From the NCBI GenBank assembly GCA_002633005.1, contig NMRA01000520.1, positions 21,255 to 83,946 of the forward strand: a stretch of 62,692 nucleotides of DNA, given 5' to 3'. How positions within the stretch are numbered: position 1 is the stretch's first letter; each line of letters opens with the position of its first letter. This document shows, one piece after another, positions 1 through 13,304 of the stretch. This DNA comes from Phoronis australis. Its lineage: Eukaryota > Animalia > Phoronida. Both the position numbers and the translations under genes were made by a program. Under the pieces are notes generated by a model. That model did no database searches. It was not told the origin of the DNA and saw nothing but the letters and a program-made list of their open reading frames with translations.

Positions 1-736
1 CCCCTTGGTCATTCCTTGTATAGACATAACTTGTTATAGAGTGCGTCTTCAAACGGACTCGCGACCAGACCACGGCGCCCGCCACAATAGCAATTCTTCG
101 GAAAAAGACTCTTTTTTTCAAAAATATTACATGTACATAATATTACATGTACATGTACACTGTATGATATTGCGCAAGACAACTTTACTATACATCAGTT
201 ACAAACGTGTGGAGTGTAATAGAACGACACGGCATGACAGATGAGGTAAAAACGTTGCACGTCAATTCGCCTGAATATCAGGGTTGCAGCACCGCAGAAT
301 TTCCCCTAATCAAATCTAAATATATCTTAGAGTAAAGAAGCTAGTTACCTAAACAAATCAGCTATAGAACTGCTCTTTCAGCGGTGAATCCATCTAAAAT
401 GCTTGGCTACTTCAGAAGTGTCGACGGAAGCACGCGCACAATAAATCCCCGCGCGTTTTGCCGATGAGCCACAAAGACTCAGCAACTCACAATGCAAAAA
501 TCTATATTTTCAGAGTGAACCCCCTCAATTTTTTCCAAGTTGGTTTACTTGGGGTTTACACACGCTGACGGTGCCGCTTTTGTTTTGCTGGAGACGCTTT
601 TTTTTAATTTTTGGGTCCTGGCCCGAGGGGAGGGGTTTAAACCCCCTGACCCCCCGTAGATCCGCCACTGTTGGCTATGTACTAAGTTCATACAGTACAT
701 GTAGGTCTGAGTATTTTGGAACACTATGTGGGGGGG

Positions 737-3700
737 TCATTTGAGAGACCGACACACGTCAATTCTAAGATCTCCGTCTGTAAGGTGGATTGGCTGGCTT
801 TATCCATAATTTCTATATTTTACTTCAACTTCTAAAAACGCTCTGAGGTGGAGGCGTGTTACAACTATTATTAAAATCTCTTGGTCTGTTTACACCGATC
901 TCTTTTCAAGAGGTCGGCGTAAATAGACCAAGAGATTTTAACAATAGTTGTAATACCTAGTTGACTCACAAACGCAAAGATATTGAGTTGAAAGGTGGAG
1001 GCCATCTAATGCATTTCTCCTCGTCTAACGGAACAAAAATCGCTGATATATTATCCAGTGACGATCAAATGTATGGTCCAGCTAACCAATTTTTTTTTCG
1101 TTTTGATTCAATTGAAAGCGTAATCATGTGATATTTTTACTAAATGTTGGATCAAAGAATGTCAGAGATCAGCTAGAATTAACGGGGACTGAATGTTTTG
1201 AAAAGTTTAAGTGCTTGTTAAAATGGTCAACAAGCTGTTTCAATATAGCTCGGAAATCTGTTGCTTTTACATAGAATTCACCAACACTAGCCATAAATTT
1301 CTGGTTGGAAAGGTACACGTCTTGTGTACAGAAATTTGATGAAACAGGACCCGGATACCTATCCCACTCAGTTTTTTTTACAGTATGATTTATGTAGGAC
1401 CGGGTATGTGGACATTAAAATCCAATTCAGTATTTTCACAAGTACCACGCATTCATCTCAATCACCTGGATAGACTGCAATTTTGAAATCAGGCGATGTA
1501 TAGCTCATTAATTTACGGCTATCAAAATAAAAAAAAACATGCGCAATTATACGCATATGATGCTATCATCAACAATGGCTACCAGGATATATTTTTGATG
1601 TTAATAACCGAAAAACCCAAGGTTTGCTCTTTTATAAGGTTTGCCAAAACTTCAAAGCCTCGATCGTGAGGTTATAAATTGGAGACCTTACATGTACACT
1701 TAGAAATGAGGTCAAGTTAAATGCGCAACACAGAGTACATTTGTCTTGGTATTGTCTTGCTTACAGGACATCTAGATCGATTCCTAATGTACACAATAAT
1801 AACAAAATAACAAACGTTGTTTGGTGTATCCCCACAGCCTTTTTAAATTCAAAAGTAACGACACCTGATGGACTGTTCAACCCACAGTTTAGATGTTTGT
1901 AGAAGAGAAGTGATGAATTTAGATTTTCAAGCTGTTTCGTCTGAACGAGTGATCTTGTTTGCAAAATGCGTGATTGTGCAGCATCTGTGAAGTTAATAGT
2001 AAACTAACGCGCATGTTGGACAAAAACAAACCTCCTTTCTGGACTACTTGCTGTCGACTTTTACTAGAGATACTCAGCCATATCACTATCTCAATACGCT
2101 TCGAGGGCCACAGATACGTGATATTGCAACATACAGTGTCAACCTTTTCCTACGACATTTCTTCACACTATGTGAAGTCATTCACAATCAACAACAGTTA
2201 TCCTTTTCAAACATTTTGAGTGAGTCCCGTGAAAACATGAGTAGTATGAGGCACAAAGTTGTGTTATTCGATGTTTATTGAGATGTGAGGAGCCAAGCAT
2301 TGAATAGTGATCAACACTTGCAAGATTTTTGGAGTTTAAGTTTATACACCTCAGTTGCCCATTTTGATAAACGGCAAAGAGCCAATTTTTCAATAGTACA
2401 TGGCTTTGTATACAAAGATGTAATGGAACTTGCGTGAAAGTTGGAATTTTGTAAATTTGATGAAGTTTCGTTTAGCGATACAAGGAGTGTCGTTCATTGG
2501 AAAGTGTGTTTTCAGTGTTGATTCAAATTTTTTTGGTAACTACTTGTGTTTTAGATGTTTGTGGCTTGATGATAAAAATGTTTCAGTTCCATTATGGACT
2601 TGATCTCATATCCATCGCACCTGCAGTGGAAGTGATATTAAACAAGCAAACTTTATTGAACACTCGCTAATATAAAATATTAAGTACGTGTTGATTCTGT
2701 TCGCTCAATTCTTTACGTTATTAACACTTTANTCATTTGAGAGACCGACACACGTCAATTCTAAGATCTCCGTCTGTAAGGTGGATTGGCTGGCTTTATC
2801 CATAATTTCTATATTTTACTTCAACTTCTAAAAACGCTCTGAGGTGGAGGCGTGTTACAACTATTATTAAAATCTCTGGTCTGTTTACACCGATCTCTTT
2901 TCAAGAGGTCGGCGTAAATAGACCAAGAGATTTTAACAATAGTTGTAATACCTAGTTGACTCACAAACGCAATGTTATTGAATTGAAAGGTGGAGGTCAT
3001 CTAATGCATTTCTCCTCGTCTAACGGAACAAAAATCGCTGATATATTATCCACTGACGATCAAATGTATGGTCCAGCTAACCAATTTTTTTTTTCGTTTT
3101 GATTCAATTGAAAGTGTAATGGTGTGATATTTTTTATTAAATTTTGGATCGAAGAATGTCAGAGATCAGCTAGAATTGACGGGGACTGAATGTTTTGAAA
3201 AGTTTAAGTGCTTGTTAAAATGGTCAACAAGCTGTTTCAATAAAGCTCGGAAATCTGTTGCTTTTACATACAATTCACCAACACTAGCCATAAATTTCTG
3301 GTTGGAAAGGTACGTCCTGTGTACAGAAATTTGATGAAACAGGACCCGGATGCATAACCCACTCATGTTTTTCTACAGTATGATTTATGGAGGACCGGGT
3401 ATGTGGACATTAAAATCCAATTCACTATTTTCACAAGTACAAGGCCATCATCTCAATAACCTTGATAGACTGTAATTTTGAAATCAGGCAATGTATAGCT
3501 CATTAATTTACGGCTATCAAAATAAAAAACATGCGCATTTATACGCATATGATGGTATCATCAACAATGGCTACCAGGATATATTTTTGATATGTTAATA
3601 ACCGAAAAATCCAAGGTTTGCTCTTTTATAAGGCTTGCCAAAACTTCCAAGCCTCGATCGTGAGGTTATAAATTAGAGACCTTACATGTGCATGTACACT

Positions 3701-4733
3701 TAGAAATGAGGTCAAGTTAGATGCGCAACACAGAGTACATTTGTCTTGGTATTGTCTTGCTTACAGGACATCTAGATCGATTCCTAATGTACAAAATAAT
3801 AACAAAATAACAAACGTTGTTTGATGTATCCCCACAGCCTTTTTAAATTCAAAAGTAACGACACCTGTTGGACTGTTCAACCCACAGTTTAGATGTTTGT
3901 AGAAGAGAAGTGATGAATTTAGATTTTCAAGCTGTTTCGTCTGAACGAGTGATCTTGTTTGCAAAAGCGAGATCGTGCAGCATCTGTGAAATTAATAGTA
4001 AACTAACGCGCATGTTGGACAAAAACAAACCTCCTTTCTGGACTACTTGCTGTCGACTTTTACTAGAGATACTCAGCCATATCACAATCTCAATACGCTT
4101 CGAGGGCCACAGATACGTGATATTGCAACATAGTGTCAACCTTTTCCTACGACATTTCTTCACACTATGTGAAGTCATTCACAATCAACAACGGTTATCC
4201 TTTTAAAACATTGTGAATGAGTCCCGTGAAAACATGAGTAGTATGAGGCACAAAGTTGTGTTATTCGATGTTTACTGAGAGGTGAGGAGCCAAGCATTGA
4301 ATAGTGATCAACACTTGCAAGATTTTTGGAGTTTAAGTTTATACACCTCAGTTGCCCATTTTGATAAACGGCAAAGAGCCAATTTTTCAATAGCACATGA
4401 CTTTGTATACAAAGATGTAATGGAACTTGCGTGAAAGTTGGAATTTTGTAAATTTGATGAAGTTTCGTTTAGCAATACAAGGAGTGTCGTTCATTGGAAA
4501 GTGTGTTTTCAGTGTTGATTCAAAGTTTTTTGGTAACTACTTGTGTTTTAGATGTTTGTGGCTTGATGATAAAAATGTTTCAGTTCCATTATGGACTTGA
4601 TCTCATATCCATCGCACCTGCAGTGGAAGTGATATTAAACAAGCAAACTTTATTACATTGAACACTCGCTAATATAAAATATTAAGTACGTGTTGATTCT
4701 GTTCGCTCAATTCTTTACGTTATTAACACTTTA
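737..4733 (+). repeat. ~2-kb tandem duplication (737-2731 / 2733-4733) joined by one N; likely uncollapsed haplotypes
   Basis: Near-identical copies with scattered SNPs and indels; junction exactly at N 2732. Confidence 0.9.
856..956. repeat. ~100-bp near-perfect hairpin (copy at ~2852-2951)
   Basis: gtgttacaactattattaaaatctcttggtctgtttacaccgatctctt-ttc-aagaggtcggcgtaaatagaccaagagattttaacaatagttgtaatac. Confidence 0.85.
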
Positions 4734-6099
4734 TTCTTAAACATTTCCTCAAAAGTGGGACCAAAATCAATGTAATTGCAGTTATACTGCATGTAGAACG
4801 TATAGATACCCTATGGGCTACAAACTGAATTTTAGCACACACCAGCTTAATTTAACTTATTCTCATATGATGCGTTTCAACACGGCATCGTTTTTTCTCA
4901 AAATAATCCTAGACTAAATGTACATGTATACTTTACTGATTTAAAAATTCCTCAGAAATTTGGGAACACTGCGCCTGAAAAACACTTTGATGATCGTTGT
5001 CCACTTTTTTATTTTCTGCCTTTTCATGATCAGATTTGTTATCGATATTTTCAGAAATTGGTGCTTAACGATTTTGGCGGTACACTACTTTTGTCCAACA
5101 GCCAAGGAAGTCTTTCACTGGTAACCGCGGTAGATTACACAACTACGGCGAAGACCAGAAATAGTTACTCGTTTAAAGTTGATATCAAGTTAAAGGAGAA
5201 TGCTATCCAAAAAAAAAACAACCTAGTTTGTAACAATTAACATCCATTCGATAACAGCAAGTACAGCTCTTTTACCTGACACCTGACGGAAGACGGAGGT
5301 GTTGAAATGCAGTCTGCTCAGCAGTTAACAACACGCTTACTAGTGTCAGCTTATCGTTTGAATTCATCGTTTTACACCAATAAATCATCAAAATTCGAAA
5401 AATCCTTACCAATACACCAATGTGATGAACAAACGTGATACATGTATTTCATTTCGCTGTTCTGCTTTTATGTATTTGAACGTACCGTAGCCTACAAAGT
5501 TCGGCAGGCCAATATACCTCGGTCGGTTGCAAGAGTTTGGGGTCTGTTCGATGATAAATTCAAATTATTCGTCATACAGACAGGCGAAACAGCTGTGTGT
5601 TGTAATGTTAGACGCGAATTTTTCAGTTCTAAACACACAAAACGCTTGCTATCCCGACCAGTGGCTCGGAACCCGATGAGGTCCATTGCGCCTGGACTGC
5701 AGACATCACGAACATAAGCCAGCCCAAGTTGGAAACTAAACTAGATTCTACTAGCGAGCCAAAGAAAAATGTGCACGCGATTATTTCGGTGAATTAGCCG
5801 CGAAACTGCTAATCTACTTACCCTTCCATAGAATCATCAGGGCAAAAGTTGTACAGTAACAATGATTCGAATAATGTATATGAATATCTAAATAAAGATT
5901 CTCCTTACATCTGACAATATATTATATAAAATGCATCGTTTGCACAAACTCCGTCCCTCCCGCTCCACTACAGACCTTTGTTGGGCCCGTTTCGGCACCA
6001 CCTTGGTCCCAGGTATTGCACCTGCCCCCTATTTGGATTTGAGGTGTTCTATTTTTCTCGCGGGCCGTTTTTTCGCAGACGCGGAGGAAGGGTGGCCAG

Positions 6100-6250
6100 C
6101 CTCCCGTTCAGTAACGCTAGGACCTCGCTAAAAAGCAATACTTCGCGAGATTACGTGAGATATTGCCGTGTATTTTAAATGAGAACACGTGACTTTGACT
6201 AGGTTTTAGCTAGGTCCTAGCGTAGGTCCTAGCGTCTACTGAACGCACGC
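6100..6250. mobile_element. Short MITE
   Basis: TIRs cgttcagta-acgctaggacct / aggtcctagcgtctactgaacg. Confidence 0.6.
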
Positions 6251-8525
6251 CAGTTTCTTACTGGCCTTGGTGACGTCAGTCGGTCGTCTCAAAGGCCTGG
6301 GTGACGTCACTCCGTCGGCTTAATTTCACTCCGTACGGGTTCTGCCGCGTTTATAATTCATCAGGCCTGTCGCCGGCAAATTACTGGTGCCTCATTATTT
6401 TTTTTTACTCTTTCTTGAGTAATCTAAATTATATACCCGGGTGTTGGAAAATTGTCGTTCTTCAGTTATTCTGCTACTAAAATTGCGATGCGCTATACAT
6501 GTACAGTACATGTATATGGGCGCCATTGCATCACCTATCGGGCCAATTTCCATGTTCTTCAATCAACTGTGGAGGTTGCGTACATGTCATAACAATCGGA
6601 AGTGGTTTCATTTCGTTACAAGTTTTTACTATTTTAGTACCAAAAAAAAAAAATTAAAAAAATACTCTCGAGAGATATCGTAAAGTTTTGGGAAATGGTG
6701 CTTCCTGTGCGTGTCACGAGATTGCACTGTTGTCAAAACGACGGCAGAAACTAGGAATTTCCTTTGTTACAAAAGGCGGAGAATTACGAAAAATAACGTT
6801 CATTAGATTTTGTTTACTTCTATAAAGGGCTGTAACGGGCACTGTGAATGTCGACTCAAACCCAGATTCTGCATGAGCCCCTGCAGGTTGTTACATTGTA
6901 ACTCTAAGTTTCACGACGAGGTGACGAGCTGAGCACCCCGGTTGTGTGAAATTTCGGTGTCTAAACGGAGCTCTACACACGGCTACCTAGCTGTATGTTG
7001 ACGAGTCTTCATAGTTACATGTAGCTGGCTTTCTACCTCAGTATATACATTTGTGATGCAACTTTTGTTAATACATCCAGGGGTGGATCCACGATTTTGA
7101 GTTGGGGCGGGGGGCACGGCAGATAGAGTATTAGCCAGAATTTTGCCCTTCTGACATTCACACCCCCGGACTGCCAAATGGAATCTGGGATAATTTTATG
7201 GGTGCCATGTGTGCAGATGTGTGCAGTTATCATAGTTTGTGTGTGCGTGTGTGGGGGGTCAGACCCGATTTCAGGTGTCTTTTAGTCCTCCTTTTGTTTT
7301 TCAGTAAAAGATCCACATTACCAGAATTTAGGGACACCTACATTTTAGGCTGGTTGCCCGAGACTAAGTGATGGGCCTGCCTTAAGATAAGCTAGATCAC
7401 CACAGCAATTTAGCACTAACCAGTATACATGGATAAGTTTCATTACTACACAAACCTGCACAACATGGCTGACTACCTAATGCGTGCATTTACATGCCAA
7501 ACAGTAATTTACTGCTTTTGTCAAAATTGCACGCTGCACAATGCACCATCACGACCCTTGAGACCAATGGACACGTTGAGTGAAGCGGAAAACAAACGAA
7601 GTTGATTAATATTATGTTTGTCTACACCATGTTCCATCACCATTGATTCGCCTATTTTATACAAGATGCGGGTATACAATAACTGGTAGCAACAAAAACC
7701 GCATGAGCATTGGTAGATTTACAATGTTTACCATAAAACTGTAGACTCAAAAGTAGTATAGTAAGATGTTTAGACGCCCTGTTTAAGAGGGACCTCGGTC
7801 AAAGGTCATCAATCCGAAATGTCTAGTAATGTCAACGATCACTTGTGATGGGTGCAATCTGAAGGGACACCATCGGCCTACCACACGGAAAGTCACGGTG
7901 TCAATGACGTCACACCTCATTACGTAAAATATTTAATTAAACCCGTTAGAGAGGCAACTTAATCCAAGGTCAAGGTCATGCGTGTAACCAGAAAACGTCG
8001 GTAAACCGGAGCGAAGACGAGGTCGTATTGGAAATCACGTGACTGATGACGTGATTAGGCAGGTTAGGGCGTCTGGCACCGTCCCCCAGCCGGATGTTCT
8101 GACACTAAAAATACGTTGAATATTACGTGTTTGTAGAGATCGTACTGATCGAGAGCCGAAACAAAATAGGGATTGCGCTGCGTACTGAGTAAGAACAAAA
8201 GGTGGATCACCTTATTTCGCCGTGCGCCACGTGTCGTCGTTGCAGTATTCCCTTTGTTTTTTCTCATCTTTCAACAATAGATGTCGCACCCTCTCAACCC
8301 TCAACAACAGATGTCGCGTATATCTAACCCAGGTACCGACGGTACTAAATTAATAATACTAATAATAAGATGTGACCACCTAAATAGAACATAAACTTAT
8401 TATTTTTTTAAACGTGTATTATTAACAAAGTACATTCGAATACACTGCAAGCATAATCCAGAAATTTAGACATCGTTATCCGTAAAGTAGTAAATTATTA
8501 GTAGTAAATTATTAAATGTCCCGTA

Positions 8526-10560
8526 TTAAATGTTCAAAGGTCCGGTGGTGAATGCGTCGTCGAACACTTGTCTTTTGGGATAAAAGTAGGTGAATGCGCA
8601 CCTCTATTGCAGATACAATGTACATGTATGTATACATGGTGTTATCGCCGACTAACCTAAATCCTTTGTTGAAGGCCGAGCTACTCTTCGTGGTCTGAAG
8701 CACTAACTTAATTTCATTTCTCTACCGTTGTACTCCTTTACATCTAAAATGAGATTGACCGTCGTCCGCCTCCACGTATTACGTTTCAGAGCAAAGAGCG
8801 ATACAGTAATACCCTTCGAATTCCAACTTCAATAAGCCCGGCGTGCGCGTGTCGTGGACTTTGTTTCCTTACGTGTCTGTTCGCGGCAGCCAGAGATGTT
8901 TTTCCCTCTCGAAAACTGCTCGCATGTCGGCTTTAATCACGTCCTCTAGACATTTACCGGACATAGCCATGTACGCCGAGTCTGTGTCCATATCGGATCT
9001 TAACATGAAGTCGTAGTAAAACTTTAACATGCACAAATTCGAGTACTAATCAGAAGCCTATTTGAAGCGACAGGTTCACGCGGATGGTCTCCTTTTTCGT
9101 CTCCAATTCATAGGTTCCGTCCCCGATGTAGTTCGCGTGTCTAAATTCCGGGAACTGGACTTCTCCATGACGGCGACATCCCGTTGCTTCCAACTTGTTC
9201 GATTGTATAGCCCCAAAAACAAGTTGGGAAGTTTACCCCCGTAGCCAGTTAACTCCATTCTGTCGTTGATGGTTGGAGGGCCTGCGCTCTTTTGTTTGAT
9301 AATTGCCATATGGCTCTAATCTCCGATCAGATCGTATCTAGCCTGACTGGGGTGGGCTTATAAAAATGAAAGTTAAGTTAAGCCAGATGTTATCGCACGT
9401 TCAGCACCCTTCACGTCTGGAAAAGTTACTGAACGACAGGACGCTGTAATGCGTTGAGCCTTAGCCTCTCCGCAGTACTTCACGTCACGATGCCATTCTT
9501 GATTCGTTACCGTCTTACCCGGCATACGCCCTGTTACCTATAAGCTTCATCGTCTGCGCCACAATAGCTTCAATTGTTTTTTGTGTTTGTCCCCTTCCAG
9601 CCTAGCGTATCTGACTTCCTCACCAAAACGCTCGAAGCATTTTAGGGGAGCAAATTCGACCACTTGTTAGGTGTTTGTTATCTCCAGGACATATTCTAAG
9701 TACCCGGCATTTCAGAAGCGTGGTTGCCAACAGAATTCTCTCACCGACGAAGCTTCCCACCAGAGATCGTCGTGGTCGGCTCATGATTTTGTTTCTCTCG
9801 GCAAACTACAGCATAAAGTCTTCTAGATCGTCTCTACGATGTCTACATTCTTGAATATAAGTTGCATTTCTGAAAATTGCACTCTCAGAAACGTCCTGTG
9901 GCTAACTATATCGTCTTCTGAGAACAAAAAACGTAGGGTATCGCCTTGCCGTTTCAAATCCTCAAATTTACACTCCCAAATCTCTTCGTAATCGAAGCCT
10001 TGGTCGATGATATACATGTAGTCTCTTATTTTTCTGTTTTCTATTAGCTTACTCACGGTGAAATTTCAGGTTCGGTTCCTCGCCCTCGGAGTTCAATCGT
10101 CTTTTCTCGTGAGACGACTCGTGGCCGTGCCAGTAACATCCTTGGAATTGGAAAACTTTATGCGACTGACGACAGAAACTAACCGTCCACTGGAATACGA
10201 CGCTGCCCACTTTTTTTTCAACCCCGTTGACTGTTGACGAATACCAATTCCTCGTTACCACGTTACGTAATCCAACAAAGCCGTTGTCTTTCGCGACTTA
10301 GGGTGGGAAAATTCTCGTTGGAAAATGTTTTATTGCCTACGACGAATAAATGGTACGGTCTGATGCTCGTTCATGATGCTGCGAAGGTAAAGAGCATTTA
10401 CATCGAAACCCAGAATCTTCGACACCAGCTTTGGTCTTTTTCCCACCCCNCCTTTGGCGTATAAAAGACTTTCCCTTTTCGTGGTACATGTGGAAAACAA
10501 TATTGGAACCTCCGACGATATTATGTTTGAAGGTATAGTACAAGGACCTCATCAGTGGAT
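8526..10560 (-). pseudogene. Decayed protein-primed family-B DNA polymerase (Polinton/Maverick or related virus relic)
   Basis: Motifs in order across frameshifts and stops: NIVGGSNIVFHMYHEKGKSFIR, GFDVNALY, VFQFQGCYWHGH, EEIWECKF, GKTVTNQEWHRDVKYC, MLKFYYDF..MDTDSAY, RTPGLLKLEFEG, CKGVQ, NKGFR, YFYPKRQVFDDAFTTGPLNI-stop. Confidence 0.85.
9062..9385. repeat. Dispersed repeat inserted in the PolB relic (boundaries approximate)
   Basis: Interrupts PolB between motifs B and C; 9190-9352 is an inverted homologue of 20381-20522. Confidence 0.6.
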
Positions 10561-10684
10561 CCGGTCTCCGTCATCGTGTTGTTACCAACCGCGAGCCGTA
10601 GTCAGGTCTCGAACAGCTGAGTTCGCCGACTGAGTATTTAAAAAAAATCCTTATGAGGAGGATGGAGGGACAGAAATTGAACAG

Positions 10685-10880
10685 AGACTATTTCAGTTTT
10701 TGCGTTTCCACTAAACCCTAAGATAGCTCATGGGCCATTTTTGTGCATCGGACACGGGTATGCCAGTACACGGCGGTGGGGCAAGCGATCAGTTCAGGGG
10801 CAATGCTGTGCTCAGCCCAATTTGAAGACTCGTTTACGACCTGTTGCAGAAACGGAAATATGAAGAAGGTTTCCCCAACG
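10685..10880 (+). pseudogene. THAP zinc-finger remnant (transposon-derived)
   Basis: ISVFAFPLNPKIA / WAIFVHRTR...AMLCSAQFEDSF resembles THAP FP..W....LCSxHF; frameshifted. Confidence 0.55.
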
Positions 10881-13281
10881 TGTACATGTACGGTCGCGTG
10901 TGTTTGATTAAGGAAAAGTGTATTGTATTGAAGCAATGCTGGAAACATAATAACCAGACACGTATAGAGTTTGAGCCTCAGCATCAAATTGTGGCCGAGA
11001 TAATGAATGTGATTGCAGTACGCTTCCTTCAGGCTCCCCTGATTTACGATTTTGTGGGAATGCATGCTATCCACATCTACGCCAATACCCTCACTAGTAC
11101 ACTGTAGATGCCACGCAAATAATGTGAAGTCACGACCCCAGCTGGCACAGAGGCTTGAGTCCGACACAGGACAGGTGTAATTAACAAATCGCTAGGGTAC
11201 ACATCTTTCATGACTTTGAAACAGACAATACATGTACAGAAACGAGTATTATTTAGCAGAAGTAAAATCCATTTAGCATTACTATAATCAGATCGTTCCT
11301 GCTAAATGTTTTCGGCATTTGAAAAAATGCAATCAGTGTGAGCTATTCACGACTGGGCTTTGACAGTCAGGGTAAAAACTTCAGTTATATTAACAGTTCA
11401 AGACATTTATTACTGCAGACTGAGTAGGCTCTGACTCGGCTACACTGGCCGCAGGGTCGAGTTCGTACGGTCTCAAGCACGCCAAGTCTGCCGATATGGA
11501 GAGGTCTAACTCATTATCTGTTTCATCTAGGACTATAATATTACTTCCAGGTTTCATCTAAGGAATGGCTTGAGTGTCGTTGTATCCCCCATCTACATAC
11601 ATGTACCAGTCTTCATGACACTCGTCAAGCTCGCTCTCTAAGACTTAGTAATTTAAAAAACCATGACTATCCGCCATTGCGCCTTTAGTGTCAAGTGATC
11701 AACGTCTTCCACTGCTGACATCACGTGGCGGGAAACAAAATTCAAAGTTCCTCATTTTTCCCAAAGTAAATGCTTGTTTAGTTTGATTTTGAGTTAAACA
11801 TTATTATACACTCTCTAAAAACTTAAAAAGTGCAAAATTCATTACAGGAACGTTTTTAGATAATTAAATATTACAAAATCTGCTATGAAATCAAACAAAG
11901 AAGTTGCATGGATTGGACTTAGGTGCATTGGTCTTTATCAATACAACTATTTGCTGAAAAATATTTTAAAGTGTCAGATAATTATTCAAAGAAGAATTCA
12001 AGTGGTTAAAATTAGAGTGTTTGGCCACACTTCAACACTGGGAATATTTACTTAATGAACTTATAGTTTTTTATGTCGCTCTCTTGTGTTGCAAGATATC
12101 CTTAGATTTTTGAAAAATGCAGAAAAGACACCTAGCAATGCTCTGGAATTTGCAATACAGGAGACCTAAAGAAATTCATGTACATTTGCCGATATAATGG
12201 AATCAACGCGTTCCTTATGATCTGAAAGCTATGTTATGTTTTGAGTTGAAAAGGCCGATGCTGGGCATTCTTAAGTGGAAGCAACTTGTGACCGACTTTA
12301 TTAAGCATTTTTGACACACCTTCATTGACTAAAGACGCTTCGGGTTTTTCAGTGTCTTCGGCGGCTTGCATGAAATGATTTGATATCGAACGATTGCATC
12401 CTCTCATATTACATGTAGATTTTTCTAGTAAATCAATAACCTAAACCCTCACATCTTTAAAACACATCGTTTTGTGCTGAGCTTCAAGGAGATTGAATCA
12501 GTGTTTAGAAACGAGAGAATAAATTGTTGCAAACCAGGGGAAGAACGGGGTCGACTGGGAGAGGAAAACATACAATGTATCTGCTGGTATCTGAAACCTA
12601 TAAAAATGCGATCGTCGATGAAAAGATTTATAACTGTACATGCGTGAGCAGTGGTACATTTTTATTTAACGCCCCTCCTTTAAACTGAACTGAAGGCCTG
12701 TGTCAAAAAGCTGTTCACGGCTCCCGGTGCCCCAATCAATGCTATGTTAATTACATAAAATTACTGGTTAAGCCAACATTAGCCCCAATTGTTCATCCAC
12801 CTTCCTGCGATTTTTTAAAGTCTCAGTCATTTCAGAAATGACTTTAGGTTTGTCTAAGAGCTTCTAAAATAAAATTCAGCTTCAAACGAATAACACTGTA
12901 TTAAGCTGCTAGCCAGTACCCGGTGTGCTATGGGCGACATATTAACAAGTGGTGCTCACTGTCATTAAAACAATATCCAACGATAAAGATTTATTTAGAC
13001 ACCACCAATAGAATTCTGACCATTACAATTTAACTTCTGTACCTCTAGACAATAATGTGTTGACACAGTTGAAACAAAATGCAGCTGTACGCAATGATGA
13101 AAATGACAATAACTCGACTGATGGACTAACAACAATGAATAAGCCTATACAGTATGGGAGACGCGCATTCAAAGTTTCCGTAATTCAAAATTGCAAAACT
13201 CAGAAACCACGAAACTTAAAAAAGTCTTCGAAGCTTGGAAATCTTGGCCCCGGGGTACCCTTCTTCTACAAGTAAATGATG

Positions 13282-13304
13282 TCATAACTCGTCTTTGGCT
13301 TCCT
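13282..13304 (-). CDS. CRELD: CRELD terminal exon B: EEAKDEL-stop (ER-luminal isoform)
   Basis: Minus strand tttctgtttcag|AG GAA GCC AAA GAC GAG TTA TGA; phase-1 compatible; minus-strand AATAAA at 12990-12995. Confidence 0.8.
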
